Positions 25,714 to 40,630 of a DNA stretch of 64,000 nucleotides are shown here, in pieces. The position numbers were made by a program, and so were the translations under genes. Every line of letters starts with the position of its first letter. Within the stretch, counting starts at the first letter, position 1. This DNA comes from Paraspadella gotoi (Eukaryota > Animalia > Chaetognatha): the NCBI GenBank assembly GCA_051294375.1, contig CM119267.1:4757885-4821884 (forward strand), read 5' to 3'. The notes beneath the pieces are model-generated. The model was not told the DNA's origin and ran no database searches. It saw nothing but the letters and a program-made list of their open reading frames with translations.

Positions 25714-28700
25714 TACTATTAATTAAAATACAAAAACAAGTTTCTTTTCGTTAAATGGTCGTTAAAAGACAAAGATAAGTCCGGGTTATCAAAGAAGTGC
25801 AAAAAAAAAAAGAGGCTAATAAAATATCTCATAAAAGCAGAACACAAAAAAAACTTGACGGGTAACATTTCTCTCTCTCTCTCTCTCTCTTTTAATCTGT
25901 CTCCCTGGAATCGTCTGAAATATCCGCCTTATCTGGAGACAGAGACTTCAAAACGCGTCTATAATCTTTACTGACAAATTGAATGGATTCCGACGCAACC
26001 AGATTCGCGCGGCCTTTCACCTTTGCGAACCGAGAAACGGACTGACGGAGGTACGAACAGAGAAACTGACAGGCGGAGGGACAAACCGACACAGAGAGTC
26101 GACGTCACGCCGACTTTTCTACTGATATAAATACGGACGGACGGATGAAAAAAACCAGCGAAGCGAAACTTTTATTTATTTCACGAATGGTGAGAAACGT
26201 GAAACTCAGACGAGCGATAAACTGAAAAGACAACGTGATACTTACTCTTTTTTTTATTTATATATATTTTTTTGTCAGATTCGCTTCAATTTCTTGCTTT
26301 TCTTTCTTTCTTTCTTTCTTCCTTTCCTTTTCCTTTCCTTTCCTTTCTTTTTGCCTTTCCTCTTTCACTTTCTTTTCTTTCTTTCTTTCTCTCTTCTGTC
26401 TTTCTTTTACCTTTCTTTCTATTTTTCTTTCTTTCTTTCTTTCTTTCTTTTTCTTTCCTTCCTTTCTTTCTTTCTTTCTATTTCCATTTTCTGCTTTTTT
26501 TTCATATATCTTATTTCTTATCCAGTCATTTTTTTGCGTTTGAGTTTCCCTCGTTTATACTCACCCAGTTATCCTTCTCGTTTTTTTTCTTCTAGAAAAA
26601 AAAAAACCTTTACTATCCGGTTTATGTATTAAAGTGTAAATTACATCCGGGATAATAAAACTAAAAAACTTGACTATAAAATAAAACAAAAGATTTCCCG
26701 ATGCAAATTATAAAGAAAACCGGCGTCGGATATTTTATCAATGAGAAGAAAGACGAAGAAACCGAACATTAATTAATTCGCGTCTAATTAATCTTTTAAT
26801 CCTTTTCCTTTGTCTCGACTCTTGAAAAGAAGAGAGACGGTTTTCAAATTTTGCTTTAATTCTTAATCATTTAAAAATATCTGTTATTTTTTTTAAAATT
26901 TAAGCTACGAATCAGAAATGGAAATTTCATATAGAAATCATTGAAAAAAGTTAGAAAGAGAGAGACAGAATCGAATTATGTTACGAAAACAGAGACGACG
27001 AGACGACAATGTAATGACGTCGACAACTACGACGGACGACCAGCACGACGAAACACGACCGGCAGAAAGAAACCGTCTGGAAAATTCCGCTGACACGCAA
27101 AAAAAAAAAAACAGGAAAAGCGATTAAACAAAATACGAAATGCCGAATCTGCCGGAAATGCCAATGGCGTTGTGCTGAAAACAAGGAAAGGGGAGAGAAG
27201 AGAGAGAGAGAGAAGAGAGAGAAGATGAGAGAAGAGAGAGAAGAGAAAGAGAGACGAGAGAGAGGANNNNNNNNNNNNNNNNNNNNNNNNNNNNNNNNNN
27301 NNNNNNNNNNNNNNNNNNNNNNNNNNNNNNNNNNNNNNNNNNNNNNNNNNNNNNNNNNNNNNNNNNNNNNNNNNNNNNNNNNNNNNNNNNNNNNNNNNNN
27401 NNNNNNNNNNNNNNNNNNNNNNNNNNNNNNNNNNNNNNNNNNNNNNNNNNNNNNNNNNNNNNNNNNNNNNNNNNNNNNNNNNNNNNNNNNNNNNNNNNNN
27501 NNNNNNNNNNNNNNNNNNNNNNNNNNNNNNNNNNNNNNNNNNNNNNNNNNNNNNNNNNNNNNNNNNNNNNNNNNNNNGAGCCAGTCAGAATTGGAAGCAG
27601 TCAGAACTTTAAACAGACGGCTTGACGGCCGTCGAAAGGGTTTTTCCAGATGTAATTGTTATGGTAATAATCTATTGTGCGATATTCATAGTCGAAAGTG
27701 CTTCTCGTTAGTCAATATAAGAAAATCCCGCGCGGTTTAAAACCATTGGCAAAATCTTTGTCTGAGTCAGTTAACCCATTCTCAAGCAAGTTAGGCCGAA
27801 ACTTTTCTGAATAGCAACTGCGGTTCAGAGAAGATACAGGGTGGTTCATCTCTTTACTCATTACAAATAAATTTTAAGCACTGAGTGCTCGACAACGCTG
27901 TAATACAATGACAATAATCGGTAAGTTGAAGGCGTTGCGCCGCCGTGACTTTTATTTCGTGAATGCTTTGACAGATGATCACGTGACTACTTTTGGCTAA
28001 TAATTATAAAAAAAAACTTGGTAGACAGCTGATGTACCTAGACCCAGTTTCTAATCTGGGATAATCATTAAATCACCCAAAATAAATCGGCAATGAAGAG
28101 TATCCGTCTCTTTTTTATAAAATGTAAAATAATATGCAAGTGATATTGGAAGCGAGGCTCGCTCAAAAACAAATGATCACTTTAAAGCCAAATATGATCG
28201 AAGCTGCCCAACACCAATCTTTGTTTATCTTCGTCCCCACTTCCCGAACGCCTCCTAGCGCCACCTCCCAACGGACCCCCCCCCTCAAAACGATCGTAAC
28301 CGAAACCGGAAACGAGGCGCCGAACGTCGATGACCCAGTGACGCGTTGCGAGGTCCGCGGAATTTTCGCTGAATTCTTTACGAGACGAAAGACGGAGAAG
28401 ACGCGCGAGGAAAACGCTTACGCGCGCCCCCTTGCTTCCGGAGGGATACGCCTCCCCCCCCTCTGCGGGGGACATTAAAACCAGACGACGTCGGGGAGGA
28501 AAGATGGAGAAGGAGGAAGAGGAAGAGGAAAAGGAAGAGGAAGAGGAAGGGAAATAGGAATAGATTAAAATCTCCAAGAAAGAAAGAAATAATGTTTTAA
28601 ACCTCTAAGGAAGGAAAAATGCTCGTACTATAAATCTCCAAGAAAGAAAGAAAGAAAGATTAAAATCTTGCAAGAAAGAAAGACACAGAAAAAAGATTTA

Positions 28701-30260
28701 AATCTCCACGAAAAAAAAGAAAGATATAAAGAAAGATCGATCAACATTTAATTATTCGAAAACAAAAATTTTTAAAAAAACCGCAAGTGGATGGAATTTA
28801 ACAATAAAATATCACCATTTTACGTTATATGTCCCAGATCATGTAAAAAACCTCAGGGCCGTGAAATTGGTCTCTACTCGACGTCGACTGCGGCAGCGTC
28901 GGCTGCGGCAGCGTCGGGCGGCTGTGGCAGGAGTATGCGGCGCGGCGAGACCGGAAGAAACATAAACGAGAAAGACGAAATTGCAGTTGCTGCACCTTTG
29001 CATTCTCCGCCTTTGGGAAAGGCCGAAACTTTAACTATGTTTTGAACGTCTCGACGGAGGGTGTCCGCTATTGGCACCGCCTTTTGGCCTCCTATTGTCT
29101 TAATGCCTCCTTTGGCGCCGGATCTTGCACTCGCCTATAGGCCTTATCTCAATCTCTCCTCACCTCAACTCTCTCTGCTCTTTAGCCGCCCTGCTGCCAT
29201 TTTTCCAAGGACAAACCTACCTGGCCCCTCTCAACATTTCGCCCGCCATCTGTCCCGCTGGTGCTGCGACCATACACTTCACACTCATTCCCTAGAGATC
29301 CGTCAGCGCATCCTTGCCCCTCACCGCCCACTGCTCTTCTGTCCTTTTAACTAGTCTTTGCCACCCCCTCACCCTGCGGATCGCATATATCTCAGGCTGT
29401 ACTCTCTCATTGTAAGCAACCACACCCCCCTACACGATGGCTTTCCTTGTTTCCGTTGCAAATCCGGGTTTGTTTCGTTTATTTTACTTTCAGCCCTGAG
29501 GCCACAACCTTTTAAAGCTGTCCCTCCAGTATCGTTTTGGCACCAACTTCTATTTCTTCAACCTGTCTTTTTGGGATATAAACAGGCACTTACGACTCGC
29601 AAAAGTGCTGCGGAGGCAGTATATTACCTACTCAGAGAACATCACCTCTTTGGCCATGGGACCGGTTTCAAACCTCCACCCGCCACCATACATCCATCCC
29701 ACCCACCAACCCCCTACTCCTCATTCCAGTCAAACAGACGAACACAATTCTTCTTAACTTCTTTCGGTCGAAACGGACGAGTTTCCATAACAACGAGGAA
29801 ACGTCGTTGTCGTCCGTCGTCCTTGTCTTCGTCCGTCGATTTTCATGTCATCGGGTACGTTTGTCTTCGTCTCGGAGTCGTTCGTCTTCACTAGTCCGTC
29901 TAGTCCGTGCAACTATAACTCGTCGTACGTTCATAGTCGTCTTCGCCGTATCTTTCATCAACGTACGTCTTCTTTCGTTTCTTAGGTAATTGTCTTCTTC
30001 GTCGAAGTAGTCGTCTTAGTCGTCACTTCCGTTGTCGTCTTTCGTCCGTCGATCCGTCTAGTAGTCTTTTTGTCGTCGCCTCATCGACATTCGTCTTTGT
30101 CCTTTATGTCAGTATGGTTTTCGGTTCGTCGTCTGAACGGTTTGCCTCGTCTTTACGTCTGCGTTACTGTCATCGGAATTTTTCTAACTAAAAATTTCCA
30201 TATATCTTTTGTCATTCGAATGAAGGCTGACGCAAGAGGATGAGTTCATTGGCCACAATC

Positions 30261-32540
30261 TTGGCCGATAATTGCCGACACCAACGACAAAGATTTCAAG
30301 AAGGGAAAAAAATTCAAGTGATTTGGATTCCGTAATGAAGTGGTTGACAGACCATAATTTGTTTATCGGCCGGAATACTGAATGGCGAGGAATGTTGAAA
30401 AGGGAGAAAAGAAGAGTGAGAGAGAGGAGAGGAGAGAGAGGTAGAGAGAGAGAAAAGAGAGGGAGAGAGAGAGGAGAGAGCAGAGCGAGTGAAGAGAAAG
30501 GAAGAATAGAGACTGAGAGAGACAGAAAAAAGAAAGATAAGACAGGAGGGAGGAGAGAGAGAGAAGAGAGAGGAAGAGAGAAGAAGAGAGAGAGAGAGAG
30601 AGAAGATTGAAAAAAATACCAAAAAGGCGATAAGCCTCGGTACAAATTCAAATTCACTCAAATCCTTCAAAAAAGCCGATGTTTGCATTAGGTTCGATGT
30701 GGATTTTCGAGTATAAAACGCAGATTATTTTTAAATATTTATTTTACTAAGTAATGTTTTTGATTCGTCGGAGAACAAAATGAATAGCGAGCACGAACGA
30801 GACGAACAAAGAGAGTTAATTATCATGATAAAATTCCTGAAAAATATTATCAAAATCATTGAGTTTTGAGATTTAGGCATTTAATATTCTAATTTAAAGT
30901 AAGATTTATCTTTGTACTGAAAACGTCCATTGATTTGGCGGGTAAAAGACCCGGATCTCCAAAAGAAGTGAGATTATAGACAGAATTAAGAATTGAAAGA
31001 TAAAGATCGCATTAATCACAAATTGATACTCTTTAAGAAAATTTAGTTAGATTTTTAAATATAATTTATAAAAACGAGAAGGGTTCATTTTTTCGTTTTT
31101 AGAAAACAAAAAAGTGCTCGTGACATCATCGAATTTTCTATTCGAAGAAATTTAAGATAGTTTTGATGGACCACCACTCATTTTCAGTACTGATCTTTTG
31201 TTTTATTTTTCTTTTGGTCTTTCAACCGAGGCTAATTACATTTTTAAAGGATGAGTTTTCGTGACGAACCCAAAGAAAATTGGAGTTTTTGTTCAGAGTC
31301 ACGATTTTTGTATATAATTATTTCAAACTACCGGGACAAAACCTCAATCTAGAATATCGTTACGAAGAAAAACAGTGCGAAAAAACCAAAAAGAAGAAGA
31401 GAAAGAAAAAAGGATTATTCTATATCCCACGGAGTAAAGTAAATAATCCCAAGAGTGAATGAAAAATCTAGGAGAAAAAAGCAAAACTTTTGGTTTTCAT
31501 ATTACGAAAAAATAGATGAAGCCCTTTTCGTTTTCTAAAAACTGTTTTAATCAGGGCCTTACCTTTAAGATGCGTGCCCTATGTTTGATGTGAAGGCGTA
31601 TGAACGTTATTCAATACGACGAATAATTTCTACAAAAGTCATTATTCGCATGAAACTAAAATCTATTACCATCCATGATCCCATTAATTTTGTATAAAAA
31701 AATAAATTATTTGTATTTTTCTGTTTCAGTTAGTCCAATATATTATCAAAAGGTGTATATGTGCTATATCTTATAATTCAATCACGAAATTTCAAATAGC
31801 TTTTTATGGATTCAGATTCATTAACAAATTCCCGTATCTTAAAATAAATTTAAAAAGAAAAATACGGCTTTTACACTAATTTTCGATTAAGTGGGATCTA
31901 AATTCTCAAGAAGTTCAAAAATTTTGATTAAAACATAAAACATAAATTTCTAAATGAAATTTTAAATATTATATTAAAAACTTCCATTCTTCGTCTTTCG
32001 AAATTCAATTATTAGCTCTCCGGTCTACGAAAACTAATGATAAAAAGGATTTAAAAAAATATAATATAAAAAAAACTGGATATTTATACTAATAATCTCA
32101 ATAAAAATTATTTGTTCAACTAAATGGGCAATAATCAATTAGCTTGCTTTTCCTTATTTTTATACTTTAGGGTATCAAGAATGAATGCTTTAACTTTTAT
32201 TTGAGGAATCTAAATCTCAAAATAAATTAATCTCTAGAAAAAAACTGTTTTGAATCAATTTACATTTATTGGTTGTACTAGTTATAAAATATGGGCCTAC
32301 TAAGCGTAAATGTAGTAAATTAATTTTAAAATTTTTTTATATACATAAATGTTCATTAGTATAATGTTGTTCGATTCCTACTTTTAGAATTTAAATAATA
32401 AGTTAATATTAGAGAATTATTTACTACGACCTTAATGCGCATCTCCAGCGGAGAGTGAGTGCCCTGGTGTCTTCCGTTGGTGTAGTGTGTTGTTGTGAGA
32501 GGAGAAGAGGGAGAGATGAGAGAGAGAGAGGAGGAGAGAG

Positions 32541-32603
<63 letters not shown>

Positions 32604-33115
32604 CTGACGTTAAGACGTTATCTTCCTTGCTATCAAAATCAAGAATTAAAACTCATATCAAAACATTCTTACGTGTTTCAATATTTTAATCATCCAGAAG
32701 ACATTAATAAACACTGTGCTCTAAAGAACAACATAAAAAAAAAATAGCTATTTCAACATAAAAAAAATATGCTATGTTTTCAAACCATAAAAAAATGAAC
32801 CAAGATATATTAGATTTGAATCCGTTTTACCACTCAATTTGAGCAAAATATTTTTCTTCAAAAGAAGATAAAATTATATATATTCGTCCGTCTCCATGTA
32901 ATAGAAGATTCGAATATTGGCAAAATAAACATAAAGGATGTACTTGTAAAAACCTTCTACGAATTGACTTATTACTAATCTACTATCTCCAGAGCATATG
33001 ATATTCTCTTCAACAACTAATTTTCAGGAATCCGTTTTATATTGGATGTAGATGGAATGTTATTTGTTAAGTTACGTCGCTACCCCAAAGCGGAAGCACG
33101 GTTGTGTATTTACTT

Positions 33116-33186
<71 letters not shown>

Positions 33187-36100
33187 ATCTCTCTCTCAGC
33201 TACTCTCTCATCCTTCTCTCTCTTTTCTTCTCTCTCCTCTCTCTCTCCCTTTTCTTGCTCAATGTCTTTTCACCCGACGGGTAGAAGCTTTTCACTGTTG
33301 AAATAAGTTGAACAGGGAAGTCAACTAATCACACTCTCTGCGCGCTAGCCGCCGCTGCGCCGCTGCCGCGCGCTGCCGCCAGGCTAGCGCCCGCCGCCGT
33401 CGCGCCGCAGCCGCATGCGACCTTTCACCGCCCTCCCGCTGCCTCCGCGGGACCCCAGGCTGCAACGGTAAAGTAACTAAGCGGGGGTAAGACTGCGTTT
33501 CTAGAGTCGATTATAGTGAAAGAATGGTAGTCGCCCAATTCTTTTGTCTTCTCCCCCAACCCAAAACTGGTTTCCAGAGGGAATTTTTTGTGTCTCAGAC
33601 TTCACACACAGTATTAAAAGGACCCCCAAACCCCTTAACCCCCTGACCTAACACCCCACTCCACCCGCTCCCCTATACCTGGATGAGACAAAATGACAAA
33701 ATAAAAAAGACGGTGATCAAATGTTGTTGCCGCCGCAGTGACTGCCTTATCACATAGTTTTCTCAGTTGACATGACATATGACGTGACATAAAATGACTA
33801 CAATAAATTCTTCTTTTTAAGTAAATTTATGCCATAGCACTGTAATCCAAAATTGTAAGTTTTAGGATTACTGAAGGCAGGCCGACTTGTTGTCCCTATA
33901 CAATTTGAAGTTTTTTATTCGGGCCTAACAAAAGCAAACCAACTACTGAACAGAAATTATATGCCATTTTTACAACAAAGTGGGACAGGACCGACCGAAA
34001 AGTACTTAAAGAGATTGCTCCCGCGAGTACTGCGGCGGCCTAAAAAATGAAAATGAATCCAAATTTGATAAATATCGTCGGGTTTTATTTTTTTTCGTCT
34101 GGATTCCAACATAAGGGAAAAAATTTGAGTAGGAGGGGGGCGGGTGGGGGGGAGAGAAAAAGATGAACTGTGGCCGAGATGAATTGGAATCGAGGAAAGA
34201 GGGAAAAAAATGAATCGTGAAATGAGATATATATCGATACCGAATCGACGAGTATTTCAGAAATAGACGGAGGTATTTTGACATACCCCACACCCCAACC
34301 CAGAAAAAAACAAAAAAAAAAAAAAGAAAAACAAAAAAAAAAAAAAGAAGACCCAACTCAAGGAAACGAAATTGAGCCGAAGAAATGCGGTTAGCCGATT
34401 GGGATAATCAGAAATGAAATAGGATTATCGAGAGACCGAGAGTCGACGACGATCGAAAATTTGTATGTTTTAGAATTTTTAACTTGATTTTGTCTCGGTG
34501 CAAATAGGAAAATAAGCAAATAGCAAATCAATAGCAAATAGCAAATAGCAAAACGAATACAAAAGATACAAAAATATAGCAAAACTTCCTATGACACAGA
34601 AGTTTGCAATAAATAAAAAGATAGGCGGATTCCACCCGCTGCCATGTTCAGGTTAGTATTTAAGATGTAATAAATTAATATTGTTTGAAGTAAAATCTTC
34701 AACGCAAATTCTTAACTGAATATTTCGCGCTTAGATTATATAGATTATTTAGATTTCAATTTGATATTTTTTACGTCGACCCACGCGACGAAAAAATATT
34801 CTGAGGAGGAAGCTACGCTCGGAAATAAGAACATCATAAGTGGAATTGTCCGCGGGGTTTTTTTTTCCAGCTCGATTTTTCTCAGTCGGCCGCAGAAAGG
34901 AAACAAAGAGGATGAAAATTTTTTCTAACGATCCAACTGTTATCGCTATCAATCTATCCATTCATCTATCTATTCTTCTATCTATTTCTATCTATCTAAT
35001 CTTATCTTATCTATCTCTAACTTATCTATTCATCTAATTATCTATTCTATCTATTCTATATTCTATCTTTCTATCTCTATCTATCAATTCTTTATATTTC
35101 TCTAAATTCCAGGAATTCTAGCTCAATTCTCGCTCAACTTTGGGCTTCCCGGATACGATACCTATGCCCAATTTAATTCCCTCCAAAAATAACTAAAACA
35201 ACAACAAAAAGTTATCAAGTGAAAATGATAAAATGGCGTTGGAATCGAAATAAAAACGACGTCTTAAGAACGAATGAAAAATCGCGAGTAAACTCGCGAC
35301 GATGTTTGGGGAAAACCAAAAAAAAACAAAAAAACAAAAACAACAAACAAACGCCTTCCAATTTCCCTTTTTTCCGTTTTTCTTTTCCTCATCACTCTTA
35401 CACATTGAATACATAACCATAGGCAGGTCCTGAAAGCTTTCAATCAAGCTTCTTCACAGACTTCGTTTATTCACACCAAGAGGTACAACTATGAAAGGTA
35501 TATTTTTCAACTTTTTTATTTTTTTCTTAAAAAAATTTTTCTTTCTATAATACTAGTAATACATCTCTACTTACTTCTCCTCATTTATACTTATGTGGGC
35601 TTCCTTCCATTTTTTCCCACCCTTTCTTTTCATACTTCTCACTTTTTTTTCCCCTTAACCCTCCGCCAGTTCTCGGCGATCGACTAGGAATCATTTCAGT
35701 TTCCGCGTTGGCAACGCAGTTTCTGTCCCTCCCTCGGCAAACGACGAAGAACTCCGCCCGGAGACGCGGTAAACAAAGTTTGCCATATGGCAACAGCGCG
35801 TCAACAGCCTCGGGCGTTGCTCTCTTCGATTCCAAGCAGATCGATTCTCCCCCCCCCTTTTTTGCTGGTGAGTCATGCGCGGATTCGGCCACCGGGGTCG
35901 ACATGGTGGCAGTCGGAGGGATTGACAGGTGCGGGTGAATGTCGAATGTTGTCAGCAATTAGCTCCTTTGATTTCAACTCGCGCCCCCATAGCATCCTGA
36001 AGAAGGAGAGAAAGAGACGAATGAGAGAGAAGAGAAGAGAGGAAGTAGAGAGAGGAGAGAAACAAAAACAAAAAAAGGCCGATAAAAAAGATTTAGAGCG

Positions 36101-37500
36101 TTCAGGTTTTCTTTCGCCTCATTTCCACTCGAAGAATCATTGGACTTATGGCTTTTCGGCAGGAAATCGCTGCTGACGTAGAGCCGAACGGTGGACGAAC
36201 CGGCAGAGATCGAGAAAAAGCTGGCAAGGACTGACGTTGACAATGAACCTGGCCTGAACCTTATTCCGTCGATTGGCTGACACTGACAGTTGACTCTACT
36301 AAAGCTTGACAGGGTTCGACAGAAGCCCATGAAGTGATCAATTTGAAGATACGATCCACTGAATGTAAACTCGGATCGATCGAAAGCCGACTATGAACAC
36401 CACTGAAGCCGTTACAGTGAGCGACTTGAAGCTGACAAATGATGGTTTAACGCTGAAGTGACCGACCTGAAAAACTAACTGTGACAAATGTGGTCGACTG
36501 TGGTCGGCAGATAGCGGAGTGATTGTGTCTGTTTTTTGCCTGTCGCTTGTGGGTAAACCGAATGGAAGAAAAAGAGCGAAGCTTTTTTTGGTTTAAAGGA
36601 AAAAAGGTCTGTTTCCAAGAATGAACAATATGATCTTTTGTTCGGTTTAGCTGAGGGACTTTTATTAAAAGAGAGAAAGTTTATTATCAATTGAGTGTGA
36701 AAAACATGTTTTTACGTTAAGCTATTAAAGAAAGAGCAATTATGCATTGGTACCATATCTTCTGTAGAGAGTACGTTTAAATTTTTTTTTAAAAAAATTT
36801 GGTTATCATCTAAACGTTATCTTATATTACAGTACCTTCATTAGTGGTTATACTATGTTTCCGCCTTATTACCAATATTTCTTAATATTTCGTTTTCATC
36901 TTAAATCGTATATTTAATGAAATTGGTACAACCAATTATAAAAGAAATAAAAATTTTACCATTTCCATTAATAAATAAGACTATCTTGCCCCTGACTTTG
37001 GACCAGGACTTTGGTGGTTTAAGGCCTAGCTTCCAATCACTCTTACAAGATAATTACATTGCAGGTGTCCTCGCAAGCTTTCAATCAAGACTCTCTCACA
37101 GTCCCTGTTATTTCTCCCAGAGTAAACTGGCTTCCCTACAATGAAGTGGAAAATATTGGATTCAAAGAATGTTCAATGTATGAAAAAAAGACCACTTACT
37201 CCTTAAGTTTAACAGATCGGGGAATACTTATTCGTACTCCGCACTCGCACTTACAAAATAAAGGAGCTAGAAATTTTATGAAATTGGTAACAACCAATAT
37301 AAAAAATTATTCCATTCATTTTAATAAATAAGCCTATGTTGCCCCCGTATATTATGACAGAACATTTACTTCGTTTACCCACCCTCTTATAAGGCCCTTA
37401 TTTTTCGTACGATAGTGGATATAATATTCATGGAGATAAAATAAAAACAATTGAACTACTTTCGAAAAGAGAGCAAAACCGACATTTCTTTCCTTTTTTT
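30261..37500. repeat. Copy 1 of a ~6-7 kb tandem duplication (copy 2 at 38723-44806)
   Basis: Colinear near-identity, e.g. 32600-33120 vs 40640-41140 and 33480-36900 vs 41480-44640; differences are mostly small indels. Confidence 0.9.
32195..32434 (+). mobile_element. 3' part of a hAT-type MITE (noisy duplicate of 39876-40484)
   Basis: Ends TTACTACGACCTTA followed by the same ATGCGCA flank as the 40484 copy. Confidence 0.75.
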
Positions 37501-38722
37501 TTCCACTCTTTTTTCTCGAAGTTACGGGCCAATTAAGCGCTCATCTTCAAATATTTAATCAGCCATCCCAAGCGACAGAGGGAAGAAAAAAATATACCGC
37601 GCATTTTTCTGATCGAATTCAATCATTTGCTCTTAGGGAAGGATGTCTCTCTCTCTCTTCATGCTCGTCCGTCATCGCTTTCTCTCTCTCTATCTCTTTG
37701 CTGTCTCCTCTCATCATCGCTTCTTCGCCTCTCACTCTCTCTCTCCTCTCATCTCTTGACCCCATCCCCTTCACCACTTCGTCTCATCTCTCCTCTCTCT
37801 GCTTTTTCCATCCCTTTCCTTCTTCTCTTTTTCTTCAATCTCTTCTTTTATACTTTGTTCTCTATTCCTAATTCTCACTTTTTTTTCTGGCCTTTATTTT
37901 CCTTCTATCCTCCTCGTCTTCTCTACTTACCCTTCTATTTTTCTTCTCATTTTTTCTATTCGCTTTTCCTTTCCTCTCTTGGTCTCTTCTCTTTTCTTTT
38001 AATCTCTGTTTTCTGTTATTTCTACCCGACTCCTTAATTTATCTCTCCTCAATCTATCCAGATCATCTCCATCCTCTCTCTATCTCTCACCCCCAGATCA
38101 ACCGAAGTCCAAAATGCACAAGAGCTACACAAACCATACTCCCCACAATTCACAATCTCTAGAAATCAGAATCAGATCAGCATCATCACTACCAAAGAAA
38201 AGAGACTCACCAAAAAATCATAGAAACATCGAAGTCGTCCATCTCGAACAAACACTCTCTTCTCAAATCCCCATCCCAAATTCATACCAAAACCACATGA
38301 CCCAGAACTAACTACCTCTCATATTATCCGAAATCTCTAGATCATTCTCCTTCATCTCTACTCCTCAAACCTCTCTCTTCTCCTCTCCCTGCTCTCTCTC
38401 TCTCTCCTCTCATCTACGCTTCAATTGCTTCGATTTCTGTTTGCACCCGCCGGACCGTTCTCTTCTCAACGTCGTTCCTTGTACTGCGTTACACCCAACA
38501 CCGCCTTACAGAATCTAATTATACGTCGCTTTTTTGATTTTACCTCTTTGCGAGCACTTTTTTTCCTTCGCTAGCATGCAACAGAGACGACAGAACGAAC
38601 TAACGCGTCTTGAGACATACAACAAGAACCAAGCCGGGATTACAAGATTAATCTATAAATATGAAAAAAGAAAAAAATTGTCCTCTCTTAAAAGCATNNN
38701 NNNNNNNNNNNNNNNNNNNNNN

Positions 38723-39045
38723 ATTGGCCGATAATTGCGACACCAACGACAAAGATTCAAGAGGGAAAAAAATTCAAGGATTTGGATTCCGTAAATGGAA
38801 GTGGTTGACGCCATATTTGTTATCGGCCGGAATATGAATGGCGAGGATTTGAAAGTCACGAGAGAAAATGACGAGAGATGAGAGAGAAGATAGGAAGAGA
38901 CGATACGTATCGAGAAGAGACGAGACACGGCGACGACGAAAGACAGACGACGAGAGAAAGAGAGAGCAAGAGAGAGGATGGAAGAAGGATGATAGAGCAG
39001 CAGATAGAAAGAAAGATAGAGACTAGGGAGAGAGAAGAACGAAGA

Positions 39046-39084
<39 letters not shown>

Positions 39085-40572
39085 GAAAACAAAATACTAA
39101 AAAGGCGATAAGCTCGGTACAAATTCAACACTCAAATCCTTCAAAAAGCCGATGTTTGCATAGTTCGATTGGATTTCGAGTATAAAACGCAGATTATTTT
39201 TAAATATTTATTTTTTTAACATAATGTTTTTTGATCGTCGGGAGAACAAAATGAAATAGCGAGCAGAACGAGAGAACAAAGAGAGTTTAATATCATGATA
39301 AAATTCCATGAAAATATTTCAAATCATTGAGTTTTGAGATTAGGCATTTAATTCTAATTTAAAGTAAGATTTATCTTTGTACTTAAAACGTCCATTTGAT
39401 TTGGCGGTAAATGACCGACTTCAAAAAGAAGTGAGATTATAGACAGATAAGAATTGAAAAGATAAAAGATCGCATAAATCACAAATGACTCTTTAAAAAA
39501 ATTATTTAGATTATTAAATTATTTATAAAACGAGAAGGGTTCATTTTTTCGTTTTTAGAAACAAAAAAGTGCATTCGTTAGAAAATAACATTAAATATCG
39601 AAACTTTTTTTCCTTTTTTTTTCGTAAGAAATTTAAGATTGAGTTTTCGGTTTTGACGAGACCCACAGTTTTTTTGTCAGTCAACGGATCTTTTGTTTAT
39701 TTTTCTTTTTCGTCTCTCAACAACAACAGAGGGCATCAGTCGATCGAAAATATTCGTCGAACCGAAAAAGGGAGAGAGAGATATTTATATCCAGCGGAGA
39801 AAAAACAGAGAGAAAAAAAATAGGACGAAAAAATAAGTTGTTTTAATGGTTTTAGGGTCCAACGTCTATGCGCAGTAAGGCGTAGTGAAAGTTACATGAA
39901 ACGAAAATTCTAAAAGTCAATTATGAAACAAAATACCATCAGTGATCATTAATTTGTAAAAAAAAATTATTTTTTGTTTTTAATTTTCGCAGTAGGCTAT
40001 ATTATATATAGTACTATCCTTATAAAATCGAAAAAATTTCAAATAGGCTTTTCTTAATTTTGATTGCAGATTAATTCCTCGTCAAAAGTTGATAAAAGAA
40101 AAAATAAAATCATTTTTAAAAATTCTTTCATTAAGTGGGTTAAAAAATTAAAAAAACTATATTTAATATATAAAAAGTTTATTTCAGCTTAAAATATAGC
40201 TTTTTCTAATTTTTGACCTACTTAATGAAGGAATTTTTCAAAAAAGTTATATTCTTTTTTATCAACTTTTATGAGGAATCTAAATCTGCAAAAAAATCTT
40301 AGAAAAAACTGTTTTTGAAATTTAACATTTATTGGTTAGTACTAGTATAAATATGCCTACTGCGTAAATTGGTAAAATTATTTTTAAATTTTTTTATTAC
40401 ATAAATGTTCATTAGTATAATGGTTGTTCGTTCCTCACTTTTAGAATTTTAATTAAAGTTAAATTAGAAATTTACTACGCCTTAATGCGCAGTCTCCAGG
40501 GAGTGAGTGCCCTGGTGTTGTGTGTGTGTGTGTGTGTGTTGTGTGAGAGAGAGAGAGAGAGAGAGAGGAGGG

Positions 40573-40630
<58 letters not shown>

